64,000 bases of DNA from a bacterium (GTDB lineage Bacteria > Electryoneota > RPQS01), in the NCBI GenBank assembly GCA_023382385.1, contig JAHDVH010000003.1, forward strand, positions 278,806 to 342,805, written 5' to 3'. Positions 42,415-52,856 of the stretch are shown here, one piece after another. The notes beneath the pieces were generated by a model that searched no databases, was not told where the DNA came from, and saw nothing but the letters and a program-made list of their open reading frames with translations. Made by a program: the position numbers and the translations under genes. How positions within the stretch are numbered: position 1 is the stretch's first letter; the number at the start of each line of letters is the position of its first letter.

Positions 42415-43692
42415 ATGTCATTGATTCACGAGAAATTATCAAAAACGCTACCGGCCTACCAGGAGATTGTAAAATCCCTCGCCAAGACCCATGGCGACAA
42501 GGTCATCGATTCGGTTACGGTTGGCGCACTACTCGGAGGCCAGCGCGGCATAAAGTCCTTGCTTTGCGATACCTCTGAGGTTCCAGCCGACAAAGGTTTG
42601 ATCATCCGCGGCATACCCGTGATGGAACTGGTGGATAAACTCCCCGAAGAAGTCATGTGGCTTCTATTTACGGGTGAAATGCCCACAGCTTCAGAACTCG
42701 CGGATCTACAGAGTGATCTTGAAAAGCGCCGACACGTACCGGACTTCGTGTGGCACGCGATGGAAGCTTTGCCCAAAGACAGCCACCCTATGGCAGTCTT
42801 TAACCTCTTGATCTTAACACTCGAGCGGGATTCGGTATTCCGGAAGCGCTACGACGAAGGCATGGGCAAGGAAGAATACTGGAAGGCAGCACTTGAAGAC
42901 AGTTTGAACCTGATCGCGCGCATTCCTGAAATCGCCGCAGGTGTGTATCGCTGGCGGTACGATCTCGGGCCGCGGATTGCGCCCAAGCCAGGACTTGATT
43001 GGGCTGCAAACTATGCTCACATGTTGGGCGTGGAAGACAAAGATGGTGGCCTCAAGAGGCTAATGAGGCTTTACATGGTGCTGCACACTGACCATGAAAG
43101 CGGCAACGTCTCGGCTCACACTTGTCATTGCGTAGCCTCCGCACTCTCTGACCCGTACTACGCTGTCAGTGCAGGGTTAAATGGACTTGCCGGTCCGTTG
43201 CACGGTTTGGCAAATCAAGAGGTCCTGCAGTGGTTGCTGGATGTTCTGAAGAAATTCAATGGCAACCCCTCTGATGAACAGCTTGACGCTTTTGCTCATG
43301 AAACTCTTTCGTCCGGCCGCGTGATCCCGGGATATGGTCATGCAGTTCTCAGAGTGGTGGATCCGCGTTTCACAGCCTTCCTCGAATTCGGGAAGAAGGA
43401 ATGTCCTGACGGTCCCGTCTTCAAGCTGGCCGAACAGGTCTTCCGTGTCGTCCCTGAAATCCTCAAGGGGATTCAAAAGATCAAGGATCCGTGGCCGAAT
43501 GTCGATTCGATTTCCGGCAGTCTGCTGCACCACTACGGTGTTACGCAGCCTCGCTATTATACGGTCATGTTCGGTGTTTCGCGGGCCATAGGCATGTGCT
43601 CGCAGATTGTGATGAGCAGAGCCTGGGGTGAGCCGATTCAAAGACCCAAATCTATTTCCATCAGCCAATTGAAGAAACTCGCCGAAGCTTAG
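42415..43692 (+). CDS. gltA: Citrate (Si)-synthase, eukaryote-like type
   Basis: HTDHESGNVSAH, GLAGPLHGLANQE, IPGYGHAVLR, WPNVD, YYTVMFGVSRA. Confidence 0.93.
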   Translation: MSLIHEKLSKTLPAYQEIVKSLAKTHGDKVIDSVTVGALLGGQRGIKSLLCDTSEVPADKGLIIRGIPVMELVDKLPEEVMWLLFTGEMPTASELADLQSDLEKRRHVPDFVWHAMEALPKDSHPMAVFNLLILTLERDSVFRKRYDEGMGKEEYWKAALEDSLNLIARIPEIAAGVYRWRYDLGPRIAPKPGLDWAANYAHMLGVEDKDGGLKRLMRLYMVLHTDHESGNVSAHTCHCVASALSDPYYAVSAGLNGLAGPLHGLANQEVLQWLLDVLKKFNGNPSDEQLDAFAHETLSSGRVIPGYGHAVLRVVDPRFTAFLEFGKKECPDGPVFKLAEQVFRVVPEILKGIQKIKDPWPNVDSISGSLLHHYGVTQPRYYTVMFGVSRAIGMCSQIVMSRAWGEPIQRPKSISISQLKKLAEA

Positions 43693-43711
43693 GCGAGTAA
43701 CTCCCCAGAGT

Positions 43712-43745
43712 AAAAGCCCGGCGTTAGCGCGCCGGGCTTTTCTTT
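43712..43745. terminator. Bidirectional intrinsic terminator
   Basis: AAAAGCCCGGCG-N6-CGCCGGGCTTTT. Confidence 0.85.
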
Positions 43746-43761
43746 CCGTTACTGTGAACTG

Positions 43762-45081
43762 CTATTGCGAACCGGTGCGTAACGGTTTGAAGCGCGAAGC
43801 TGGATCACACTTGCCAACCAATGCGGCCTCAATACTCCGAGTCACAGCATCGCGAAATCCCGTGAGACTAACTAACCCCGCAGCTGTTTCAACCGGACAC
43901 CCTCCAAGATGAATTGAGTCTTCAGCCAGCCGCTCTAACAAGTCTGCTGCGCGCCGAGCAGTGCGGGCTTCATCATCCGGATGAAGGACCCAAACTCGTA
44001 CGTCTCCAGTGTCCAACGTTCCCCAAACGGCAACGTCCAGGCTTCGGTCACGCGCAAGTTCATCGACACGTTCATCAAAGTCGACAAGTGCTTCGGCCGG
44101 CAGACGGAACCTTCCACGAGATCTGTGGGGGAACAACCTCGTCAGAGTTCGCGGCAACCTCAGAAGGTTTTGCCATATCTGGTTGACTCGGGCGGCTTCG
44201 TTCGTCGTCGTGTGCTGCACGTTCTGCAGTGCGTCCAATGTAAGCGACTCGTCCCACTCAACGGCGAGCAGCGTCACCGCGCGATCTGTAACGAAATTGT
44301 CGTTCCCCTGTCGAAGTGCTCGGGTTGCGGTCTTTGTGTAGAATGGAATCGCCGACGGCTGCGGCGACTGAGAACGCCATACTCGATACAACTCGCCAAG
44401 CTGCTCCACGCTCTCGCACTCAGCCAACAACAGAGTCCGTGACTTGGGAAGCGACTCAATGGCCAGCTCGAAGCGAGTGAAAACCCCGTAGCGCGCTTGA
44501 CTTCCAAACAAAAGCGGCGAGACATCCACTCCGTCGCTGCTCAGACCTGGCCCCGTATGGAAAATAGTTCCGTCGTAACCTATCCACTCCATGCAACGAA
44601 GGTTTGATAAGACCCCACCGCTCCGCAGGCAGCGCAGTCCCTCCTGCGCGTTTGCAAACAAGGTTCCCAATGTCTCGCCAGGTTCAATCGGGTGCAAGGG
44701 CGGCCATGTTAGCCCCCGTTGCGCCAAATCCACCGCCATTGACTCAAGCAGATTTCCAGAAAAAAACCACATTCCTTTCCCATCTGAAGACAACCTACAG
44801 GGTCCCACAAGTTTGTGCGTGAGCACAAGCATCGCACCCTCTAACTCCTGAACGGCGGCAGGATGCTGTCCGGACGCTACCGCTACTCGAATCTCCTTTT
44901 CCGCCGCAAAGCGCAGGGCTGCTTGAAGATCTTCGACTGAAGTCGGCTCAATAATCAGATCCGGCAAGTCGTTCTTCCGCAATGATCCGCTCAGCAGTGC
45001 GAGCATGTGTTTCTGTGCAGCATGCACAGTCATGCCCGGCGCATGCTTCTTGAGCTTCGCAAATCGGTCAAAGATGATCAC
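43762..45081 (-). CDS. FAD-binding oxidoreductase (GlcD/VAO-like, divergent)
   Basis: PDLIIEPTSVEDLQAALRFA, TLGT, LLFGSQARYGVFT, C-terminal DP. Confidence 0.7.
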   Translation of the reverse strand: MIIFDRFAKLKKHAPGMTVHAAQKHMLALLSGSLRKNDLPDLIIEPTSVEDLQAALRFAAEKEIRVAVASGQHPAAVQELEGAMLVLTHKLVGPCRLSSDGKGMWFFSGNLLESMAVDLAQRGLTWPPLHPIEPGETLGTLFANAQEGLRCLRSGGVLSNLRCMEWIGYDGTIFHTGPGLSSDGVDVSPLLFGSQARYGVFTRFELAIESLPKSRTLLLAECESVEQLGELYRVWRSQSPQPSAIPFYTKTATRALRQGNDNFVTDRAVTLLAVEWDESLTLDALQNVQHTTTNEAARVNQIWQNLLRLPRTLTRLFPHRSRGRFRLPAEALVDFDERVDELARDRSLDVAVWGTLDTGDVRVWVLHPDDEARTARRAADLLERLAEDSIHLGGCPVETAAGLVSLTGFRDAVTRSIEAALVGKCDPASRFKPLRTGSQ

Positions 45082-45350
45082 GTCTTGCTCGCTGCGCCTT
45101 GCGTCGACCCGCTGGACTCTTTGCTATCAGAAGAACTGCTTTTGCTTGAGTCGCTGCTTCCACTGGGTGATTTCTTAGCGTAGTCTGTAATGTAGAAGCC
45201 CGAACCTTTGAAGATGAGTCCACTTCCCGCCGAAATCCTGCGCTCCGCGCGCCCGCCGCAGATCGGACAAACTTCGAGTGCAGGATCGAGCATGCTCTGA
45301 AATTCCTCAAACTCATGCTTGTTTTCACAAACGTATTCGTAGGTCGGCAT
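45078..45350 (-). CDS. FmdB family zinc-ribbon protein
   Basis: MPTYEYVC..H...CPICGG...FKGSGFYITDY and Ser-rich tail. Confidence 0.92.
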   Translation of the reverse strand: MPTYEYVCENKHEFEEFQSMLDPALEVCPICGGRAERRISAGSGLIFKGSGFYITDYAKKSPSGSSDSSKSSSSDSKESSGSTQGAASKT

Positions 45351-45363
45351 GGGGTGATTCTTG

Positions 45364-46554
45364 TTAAGACTTGATATCTGAAACAGCTGCGGCGATTCGA
45401 TTCACAGACTCGATTAAGATTTCATCCGATGTTGCAAACGACAGCCGAATGCAGTCCGGTGCTCGAAACGCGGTGCCCGGAACGATCGCCACATGATACT
45501 TGTCCAGCAGATACTCGGCAAAGGCCGTTGCTTCCTTTAGTGGTTTCCCATTGATTGACCCGGTCATCATGGCCGGTATCTGCGGGAATGCATAGAACGC
45601 TCCCTCCGGCTTCGGGATTCGAATTCCCGGGACATCCTTCAAGGCTGCATGACAGATATCGCGCCGGCGTACAAAATCCTTGTTCATCATCTCAGGATAA
45701 GCAGTGCCGCTTTGAATTCCCGCTAACGCCGCCTTTTGTGAAATCGAACACGGCGAGGAAGTCATCTGGCTCTGAATTCGCGCGATGGCGTCCGATACTT
45801 CAAGTGGTGCGGCCCCATATCCAATCCGCCAGCCGGTCATTGCGAAACTCTTCGATACTCCATTCACGACGACCGTTCGCTCCATCATGCCCGGGAAATG
45901 CGCAGGGCTGACGTGCTCCCGCCCGTCAAAACGTAAGTACTCGTATATTTCGTCCGAAATCACATAAGTGCGATGACGCCTCAGAACAGTTGAAATCGCC
46001 TCCATTTCCGCGCCGGAAAGCACTGCTCCTGTGGGATTGCATGGACTGTTCAGCATGATTACTTTGGTTCTCGGAGATATCAACCGCTCCAAGACTTCCG
46101 CCCGCAAATGGAACCCGTCCTCCACTTTCGTCGGAGCGAAAACCACTTCCCCACCCGCCAGCCATACCAGTTCAGGATAAGAAAGCCAGCACGGTTCGGG
46201 AATGATCACTTCATCACCGGGCTCCACCAGCGCGAGCAGTGCGCTGGCCAGTATGTGTTTGGCGCCGTTGCCCACCACAATCTGTTGCGGAGCATAGTCG
46301 AGGTCGTTATCCCGCTTGAGCTTCTCGCAAATCGCTTGGCGAAGCTCCATGATGCCCGAGGCCGCGGTATACTTCGTGAAATTATCGTCAATCGCTTTAT
46401 GACCGGCCTGCTTAACTTCCGGCGGGGATGGGTGGTCCGGCTCACCGACAGACAAATCGTAAATCTTCACCCCCTGCTTTTGCAGAGTGCGCACCTTTTC
46501 AACTATCGCCAACGTTTGAGAAATCGACAGGCGAGAGACACGGGACGTTAGCAC
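45364..46554 (-). CDS. aspC: Class I PLP aminotransferase (aspartate aminotransferase-like)
   Basis: GEPD, NSPCNPTG, DEIY, SKSFAMTGWRIGY. Confidence 0.88.
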   Translation of the reverse strand: MLTSRVSRLSISQTLAIVEKVRTLQKQGVKIYDLSVGEPDHPSPPEVKQAGHKAIDDNFTKYTAASGIMELRQAICEKLKRDNDLDYAPQQIVVGNGAKHILASALLALVEPGDEVIIPEPCWLSYPELVWLAGGEVVFAPTKVEDGFHLRAEVLERLISPRTKVIMLNSPCNPTGAVLSGAEMEAISTVLRRHRTYVISDEIYEYLRFDGREHVSPAHFPGMMERTVVVNGVSKSFAMTGWRIGYGAAPLEVSDAIARIQSQMTSSPCSISQKAALAGIQSGTAYPEMMNKDFVRRRDICHAALKDVPGIRIPKPEGAFYAFPQIPAMMTGSINGKPLKEATAFAEYLLDKYHVAIVPGTAFRAPDCIRLSFATSDEILIESVNRIAAAVSDIKS

Positions 46555-46574
46555 GTTATACCTTTCAATATAAA

Positions 46575-47084
46575 TTAGAATTCTTCCTGCCAGAACAAGA
46601 CGCGAAACCGATCGTCGGCAGGTTTCATTACTGTAAATCTTGCAAACCCAATGAGCGGCGATAAGTTGTCCAGAACAAGCTGATACTGCGCTCGAAACTC
46701 AATCAAACTGTCCGAGGTTGCGAGCTCCAACGTTTCGCTTGGGATTCCCGCCCAAATCAGAGAGATGCGATCATATGCACGGAATAGTCGAGCTGTTGCA
46801 CGCAAATCTGTTTCGCGAAACCAGCCGTCGTGCCGCTGCAAGTCGAGATCAAAGTAGCGGAATTGAAACGACTCATCCAACAGCTCTGAGTAACGCAGGG
46901 AATCCTCAAGCTCATAGGCAGTGACAAAATTCTCCAGCAACCCGCCGACAGTCTGCGCGTCAGACCAAATTGTGCCCGCATCGCCGCGCAGTGCCGGCGC
47001 AAATGGATTCGTGCAGCTTGTCGCGACGACGGCAGCAAGCAGAATGGTCAGCGCGATTGCACGAGTGCCTTGAGATCGCTCCAT
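46575..47084 (-). CDS. Hypothetical lipoprotein
   Basis: Lipobox VATSC followed by TNPFAP. Confidence 0.72.
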   Translation of the reverse strand: MERSQGTRAIALTILLAAVVATSCTNPFAPALRGDAGTIWSDAQTVGGLLENFVTAYELEDSLRYSELLDESFQFRYFDLDLQRHDGWFRETDLRATARLFRAYDRISLIWAGIPSETLELATSDSLIEFRAQYQLVLDNLSPLIGFARFTVMKPADDRFRVLFWQEEF

Positions 47085-47626
47085 GAGGCAAGCTCCTCGG
47101 TTCGACGATCGGACCACCCGACGATCTCCCAATACCCCTGACTCCCAATTCTCATTGAAAACTCAGCTTCTCCGGCCATCGGTCCGGGTGCACCGCTTAG
47201 CGCGACCTGAGCCGTTAGATCGTATCGAGTCGTCACGCGAGCTGTATCACCTATGACAGTCTGTTCCGTTGCGGTAAACAAAACGAAGATAACGCTGTCC
47301 CGCGGCAGCACACCCTCACCAAGCAGACTGTTAATATGTGCCAGTTCACGTGCATAGTCCCAATCAGCGATTGAGGGCTGCTGCAATAGGACCTGCGGAT
47401 CAGCGAAAAAGGCAAAACTGTCCGGCTGAAATGAGCGCATATAGTTTGACGCGTTCCGCTCAAACAATGCCAAAGTCAGATTGGTCAGAACTTCCGATGG
47501 CGTGAGAGGAACCTCCCAACTTCCACGCGCACCGACAGGGTCTTCCGGGTCGCGAGTCTGAAACAGATCGCAACCAATGACCAGCACGGCCGTCAAGAGG
47601 AAGATGGATACAGCAAGTTTGCTCAA
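47048..47626 (-). CDS. Hypothetical lipoprotein
   Basis: Lipobox LVIGC followed by DLFQTRDPEDP. Confidence 0.75.
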   Translation of the reverse strand: MSKLAVSIFLLTAVLVIGCDLFQTRDPEDPVGARGSWEVPLTPSEVLTNLTLALFERNASNYMRSFQPDSFAFFADPQVLLQQPSIADWDYARELAHINSLLGEGVLPRDSVIFVLFTATEQTVIGDTARVTTRYDLTAQVALSGAPGPMAGEAEFSMRIGSQGYWEIVGWSDRRTEELASWSDLKALVQSR

Positions 47627-48921
47627 ATTACCATGAACCAGGTCAACAGCAGCACCGGCGCGAGAAACGGCAGCGAGTACTTGACTATATACTCAACGAA
47701 GGTTGGCGTCGGGAGCTTCTCGTGCTCGGCGATTGCTTTGCACATGAAATTCGGACCGTTCCCGATATACGTAACCGCACCGAAAAACACAGCGGCGATT
47801 GAAATGGTTCGCAACATGTCTGGGTGTTCAATCGCGAATCGCATGACTTCTGCCTTGCTTCCGACGTCCATATCATAGAGTCCCATGGCGGTCGTCAGGA
47901 AATTCAAGTACGTCGGCGCGTTATCGAGTGCGGCGGAGAGGCCGCCAGTAAGCCAATAAAACTGCGTGGCTGTTTGAATACCAAGTGCACCCGCATTGTG
48001 CGCAAGCCAATCCAGTGCCGGCATCATCGCGGCAAATATACCGAAGAACAGGATTGCAACTTCCTGCACGGGGTGGAAGTTGAAGTTGTTGCGTTCGTGA
48101 ATATGCTTCGGCGTAAGGAAGTAAGATCCGACCGCGGCACCTATCATCAGGAATTCCCGTACAAGCAGAGGCTTTTGCACAAACGCTGCGCCAATGATGA
48201 TTGCCAGAAACGGCAAATTCACAAGCCCGCGAACGCGGAATCTATCTTCCAGTTCGGCAGCTTCGTGCTCGAACTCGGAGTGCTTATCATATTCGCGCTT
48301 GTCCAGTATATAAAAGAGGAATAGCAGGATCGAAATTGCAATGGCCCACTTGTACCAAAGCATTTCAAAGACCCAGAAGAACGGTACACCTCTTAGATAG
48401 CCGAGAAACAACGGCGGATCGCCGATCGGCGTCAGCGCTCCACCGCAATTGGATACGATGAAGATAAAGAACGCAATGTGATACTTCTGGAACCGCCATG
48501 AATTGCCGCGCATAAACGGCCTTATCAGGATCATGGATGCGCCGGTTGTACCGACCAAGTTCGCAAGTACCGCGCCTATTCCAAGAATTGCAAGATTCTG
48601 ATGTGGTGTCAAGCGACCGGTCATCGCGACAAGCAGGCCGCCGGAAACCACATACAGTGATCCGATTAAAGCAATAAAAGAGAAATACTCGTGCCCGACG
48701 TGCAAGACGTGCTCGGTCGCGTGTCTGCCAAGAATATAGTAACCAACAACTAGCAGACCCAAAGGCACCGTCAGCCACGGATAGTACTTCTCCCAGAACT
48801 TCGGATTGATCAACGGCCAGATGGCAATCTGGAGCAGAATCAAGGCAAAGGGGATCGCCCAGAAGAGCGTCGGTGGATCGCCACCGAGTGAAAGCAGTGG
48901 TAGAGTCGCTGGAAGAGTCAA
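47623..48921 (-). CDS. Putative Na+/H+ antiporter (IT superfamily)
   Basis: GTTGASM, NCGGALTPIGDPPLFLG, LDNAPTY, YIGNGPNF; about 12 TM. Confidence 0.85.
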   Translation of the reverse strand: MTLPATLPLLSLGGDPPTLFWAIPFALILLQIAIWPLINPKFWEKYYPWLTVPLGLLVVGYYILGRHATEHVLHVGHEYFSFIALIGSLYVVSGGLLVAMTGRLTPHQNLAILGIGAVLANLVGTTGASMILIRPFMRGNSWRFQKYHIAFFIFIVSNCGGALTPIGDPPLFLGYLRGVPFFWVFEMLWYKWAIAISILLFLFYILDKREYDKHSEFEHEAAELEDRFRVRGLVNLPFLAIIIGAAFVQKPLLVREFLMIGAAVGSYFLTPKHIHERNNFNFHPVQEVAILFFGIFAAMMPALDWLAHNAGALGIQTATQFYWLTGGLSAALDNAPTYLNFLTTAMGLYDMDVGSKAEVMRFAIEHPDMLRTISIAAVFFGAVTYIGNGPNFMCKAIAEHEKLPTPTFVEYIVKYSLPFLAPVLLLTWFMVI

Positions 48922-48925
48922 GATT

Positions 48926-49714
48926 TTACGTCAGGTGTGTGACCGAGCGCCGGATCCACTCGGTAAGGGTTGGGCGAAAGTTTTCACGTGCAGCTTTTGT
49001 TTCTCTGCATCGTCGCGGAATCTCAATATGCATTCCAATTTGACAGACATCTCGGTGTAAAGAACCAAACTGCTTGGCGCGCATTGCAAGATATCGCAGT
49101 TTGTCTATCGGTTCAATGGCAAGCTCAGGTGCCCCGGCCTGCAACTTCGCAACCTCGTAATAACTCTGTTTGATCGCGTGAGCGGTGCTGGAGTCAATGC
49201 CAACGGTTGCAACTTCAATGTTCGCATGGCGACGATGGCCGTGCAACTCGATCAGCAACGTGAGCGGAAATCCTCCGCACGCCTCTTGCAATGCCTTCAC
49301 GTACGCTCGAAAGACAATTCTAGCGCGGTCCGTCTCATGTTCAGCGCTTCCTCTTCCTTCCGACTCGGTGGGACGGTTCACGTGAATGTGTCTGCCGATT
49401 GAAGCTGGAATCCGGTTCCCGTCATCATCACGAAAGTTCCTTGCAAGCACTTCGCCGCAACTCAAGTCGGCAGCCAGTCGATTTGCGAAATACTCCGTCC
49501 AGTTGTCGAAGCTCACGTGAGGTGCGGCCACCACAATCGCCGGTACTGTGTCGCAGATTCGCTTAACGACAATTTCGGTGGGAATCAGTTCCTGCAGTTT
49601 CTCCCGCAGACCTTCGCGCGTATACTCCCTCCCATCGCTCGCTGAGTAAAGCGCAACACCAGACCTAAGCGCAGACGACAGTTCCGTGATCAAGCGATTG
49701 TCAGCGTCATCCAT
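48926..49714 (-). CDS. Hypothetical protein, possible Zn-amidohydrolase
   Basis: IVVAAPH..FD..T, VNRPTE, LIELHG, MHIE. Confidence 0.6.
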   Translation of the reverse strand: MDDADNRLITELSSALRSGVALYSASDGREYTREGLREKLQELIPTEIVVKRICDTVPAIVVAAPHVSFDNWTEYFANRLAADLSCGEVLARNFRDDDGNRIPASIGRHIHVNRPTESEGRGSAEHETDRARIVFRAYVKALQEACGGFPLTLLIELHGHRRHANIEVATVGIDSSTAHAIKQSYYEVAKLQAGAPELAIEPIDKLRYLAMRAKQFGSLHRDVCQIGMHIEIPRRCRETKAARENFRPTLTEWIRRSVTHLT

Positions 49715-50136
49715 CGTTCATAGCGGTCAAATACTTCCAGGAGGCTCTCGCTAAGGTATCCAAAGCCGCGCTCGTCTTGGGTCAGAACGTCGCCACTCGC
49801 AATTTCTTCACGACTTGCCCAGATCCACTCTGAATGCTCGCGGCTGAGTATAGGTTCTCCGCTTTCGGATCGCGCCACGTAATTGATGCACAGGAGTGGT
49901 TCAGACTCGCTGCTGATTCTGCCATACCAGGTATGAGCTACACCGATGATCTGAACGTCAAGTCTTGTTTCCTCCCGAATCTCACGAAGCACACCTGCGA
50001 CCGGATCTTCCCCGACCTCAAGGCGGCCGCCAGGCGGCGCAAATACAAATGGAGAAGCCGTTCGCTTCAGCAGAAGTAGCCGGCCGTTTCGGAAGACGTA
50101 GGCCGCCGCTGCCACGCGGTGCGTAAGTGTTGACAT
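49690..50136 (-). CDS. NUDIX hydrolase
   Basis: PGGRLEVGE.......REIREET Nudix box. Confidence 0.9.
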   Translation of the reverse strand: MSTLTHRVAAAAYVFRNGRLLLLKRTASPFVFAPPGGRLEVGEDPVAGVLREIREETRLDVQIIGVAHTWYGRISSESEPLLCINYVARSESGEPILSREHSEWIWASREEIASGDVLTQDERGFGYLSESLLEVFDRYERWMTLTIA

Positions 50137-50675
50137 CAGATGCTGTCCAGTATGCTGACGGTTGTGTCGCCGAATACTCGAGACTTGCGAAGTTTCAGCC
50201 CCACAATATCTGGCGGGGCCTGCCGTTTTGAGTGTTCAAACACGATTACTCCTCCTGAAGCCAGAAGCTTGGAATCGAGAATCTGATCCATTAAATCAGC
50301 AGGATTTACCTTTTCGTAGGGAGGATCTGCGAAGATGATGTTGAAAGGTTCGGTAAATCGACCAGCGGTATGCAGGAAATGCAGAACGTCTTCGCAGTGC
50401 ACGACTGAGCGATCTTCAAGGTGATATTGCAGGAGCGCGCGCTTCATCCGCTTCTCGGCTTCGCGCGATTTGTCGACAAATACAGCGACGTCTGCACCTC
50501 GCTTCAAGGCCATCACTCCATAGGATCCGACGCCTGCATACAAATCCAGCACACGGGTACCTGGAATGTCAGCACGTAGCATGTCAAAGACCGACTCCAG
50601 TGTCCTCGCCGAGGTGGGGCGCAACTCGATGTGCCCCTTTCCGCGGCGCAAACCGGCGGAGATGCGGACTGCCAT
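50136..50675 (-). CDS. rsmD: 16S rRNA m2G966 methyltransferase
   Basis: RISAG, LRPT, LDLYAGVG, ADPPY, FGDT; ATG at 50675. Confidence 0.88.
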   Translation of the reverse strand: MAVRISAGLRRGKGHIELRPTSARTLESVFDMLRADIPGTRVLDLYAGVGSYGVMALKRGADVAVFVDKSREAEKRMKRALLQYHLEDRSVVHCEDVLHFLHTAGRFTEPFNIIFADPPYEKVNPADLMDQILDSKLLASGGVIVFEHSKRQAPPDIVGLKLRKSRVFGDTTVSILDSI

Positions 50676-50715
50676 GTTCAGTCTCCTTGCAAAAGACCAC
50701 TCCAAGTGGTCGATG

Positions 50716-51120
50716 TCACAGTTGAGTAATCGTAACGCGCTCGCGCAAGACAGCCAACTTCTTCGGCCCGATACCCGAAACATTTTCGAGCTCGTCAATT
50801 GATTGAAACGGACCATTCGCGTTCCGATAGGCTATGATGCGCTCAGCGAGAACAGGGCCGATGCCGGGCAAATGCTCCAACCGCTCCGCGTCTGCGGAAT
50901 TTAGATCGACGGGCTTTGCGAGTTCCATGGATCTGGCCCGTAGAGCAGAATCTGCCAGCGCGACCAATTCAGGGTTGCGGCCAAGAGACACAAGTCGCGC
51001 CTTTCCAGCTGAACTCCTGCCTGTCCATTGCTCTCGCAGCTCCAGCGCAGTTCCAGTCAGAAAACTCAACCCCAACAGCCAAAGGAGTGCACGACGACTA
51101 AAGTCAAATTTCCAAATCAC
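50716..51120 (-). CDS. comEA: ComEA family helix-hairpin-helix DNA-binding protein
   Basis: N-terminal [27 protein letters not shown]. Confidence 0.85.
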   Translation of the reverse strand: MIWKFDFSRRALLWLLGLSFLTGTALELREQWTGRSSAGKARLVSLGRNPELVALADSALRARSMELAKPVDLNSADAERLEHLPGIGPVLAERIIAYRNANGPFQSIDELENVSGIGPKKLAVLRERVTITQL

Positions 51121-52265
51121 TGCCCAAATGCTTCTTTGACTCGACCAAAGAACCCCTTCTCATTGGTTTGGACTTTGAAGTTCTCGCTGTCACGGAGTTT
51201 CTCGATCATGCCCCGTTCCGTGGAGCTTAGTTTCCTCGGCACGTGAAGATCTATTTCCACCAGTTGATCACCGCGACCGTATCCGTTCAAAGCCGGCAGC
51301 CCTTTGCCCCGCATACGCAGTATCTTTCCTGGTGTTAATCCGGCTTCTAACTTCAATTGTGCTTTGCCGGACAATGTCGGCACTTCAACAGTGTCGCCAA
51401 GAAGTAGCTGAGGAATTGAAACTCTCAGCTTGTAGATAATGTTGTCTCCATCCCGCTCGAAATACTCATGATCCCGTTCTTCGATCAAGACAATCAAATC
51501 TCCTGCGGGGCCGTTTCGCGGCCCCGAATGCCCTTCCCCACGAAGCGTCAAGTACTGTCCACTTGCGACGCCCGCCGGAATGTCAACATGAATCGTGTCC
51601 TCGACACGCACACGACCTTCTCCGTTACATGTCTTGCAGGGATTTGCTACAACCTTGCCTTCTCCGTGACATTGCGGACAGGTCTGAACATTGACGAACT
51701 GACCGAGAATTGTCCGTGACACCTGACGGACTTGCCCTTGACCGCGACATGTGGGACATTCCGTCGGCGCGCTTCCTGATGCCGCACCGCTTCCCTTGCA
51801 CGTTTCGCATGGCCGCAATCGCTTGACCCGAATTGTCTTGCGGACACCTTCAGAAATCTCCTCAAGCGTCAAGGATAGCTTCAGCTGTAAATCATTTCCC
51901 CGCACACGAGCCGAACCACGCCCTCCCCCGCGCGACTGACCGAAAAAGTCGCCAAACATGCCGCCTTCCATGAATTGGCGGAGCGCATCTGATAAGTCAA
52001 ACTCAAAACTTCCGCCTTGCTGCCCGGGTCGAAATCCTCCTCCAGCCATGGCATGCCCGAAGCGGTCATACTGTGCTCGCTTATCCTGATCTGACAACAC
52101 TGCGTAGGCTTCGCCTACTTCCTTGAATTTCTCTTCGGCGGTTGCATCGCCTTTATTACGGTCCGGGTGATACTGCATCGCGAGCTTGCGGTAAGCCTTC
52201 TTAATCTCCTCCTGTGTCGCACCGCGATTTACACCCAGCACCTCATAATAGTCGCGCTTCGCCAT
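51117..52265 (-). CDS. dnaJ: Chaperone DnaJ
   Basis: J domain HPD, G/F region, four CxxCxGxG repeats. Confidence 0.98.
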   Translation of the reverse strand: MAKRDYYEVLGVNRGATQEEIKKAYRKLAMQYHPDRNKGDATAEEKFKEVGEAYAVLSDQDKRAQYDRFGHAMAGGGFRPGQQGGSFEFDLSDALRQFMEGGMFGDFFGQSRGGGRGSARVRGNDLQLKLSLTLEEISEGVRKTIRVKRLRPCETCKGSGAASGSAPTECPTCRGQGQVRQVSRTILGQFVNVQTCPQCHGEGKVVANPCKTCNGEGRVRVEDTIHVDIPAGVASGQYLTLRGEGHSGPRNGPAGDLIVLIEERDHEYFERDGDNIIYKLRVSIPQLLLGDTVEVPTLSGKAQLKLEAGLTPGKILRMRGKGLPALNGYGRGDQLVEIDLHVPRKLSSTERGMIEKLRDSENFKVQTNEKGFFGRVKEAFGQ

Positions 52266-52847
52266 CTACTCTTGATCCTCCCCTTCTCGCTGCTCCTCTT
52301 CCGGCTCGCAAGAAACGATCACTTGTGCGTGACGAATCACTCGCTCCCCGAGCCGATAGCCCGGCGTTACCTCCTCCAGCACCACGTTCGCTGGAAAACC
52401 TGCACGCGGCTGCATCATGATCGCATCGTGTTCCTCGGGATTGAACACCTTCCCTCTGCACTCGAGTTTCGTAATCCGCTGCGATTCGAGGTAACTCTTG
52501 AACTTCTGCTGTATCAACTCAATCCCGCGGCGCAAGCTCGCTTCATCAGCACTCGCATTCTCCACCGTGCGATTCATATCATCGTAGACAGTCAATAAAT
52601 TCAGGAGCAGACTCTCCGCGACGCTGTCTCGCAGCAATTCAATTTCCGCTCGCGTACGCTTGCGGAAATTGTCAAACTCCGCAAGAGCGCGGACATATTT
52701 GTCTCTCCACTCCTCCGCTTCGCGACGAGCAAGCTCCAGCTCGTTACTCTGAGACGACTCGAGCGATGGGCCTTCCGACGTAACTTGGGTCTCGTCGATT
52801 CCCAGAGAATCCATTACTTCACGGTCTTTGTTGTTAGGTTCGTTCAT
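52266..52847 (-). CDS. grpE: Nucleotide exchange factor GrpE
   Basis: AEFDNFRKR, FNPEEHDAI, GYRLGERVIRHAQV. Confidence 0.95.
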   Translation of the reverse strand: MNEPNNKDREVMDSLGIDETQVTSEGPSLESSQSNELELARREAEEWRDKYVRALAEFDNFRKRTRAEIELLRDSVAESLLLNLLTVYDDMNRTVENASADEASLRRGIELIQQKFKSYLESQRITKLECRGKVFNPEEHDAIMMQPRAGFPANVVLEEVTPGYRLGERVIRHAQVIVSCEPEEEQREGEDQE

Positions 52848-52856
52848 ATCTATCTA

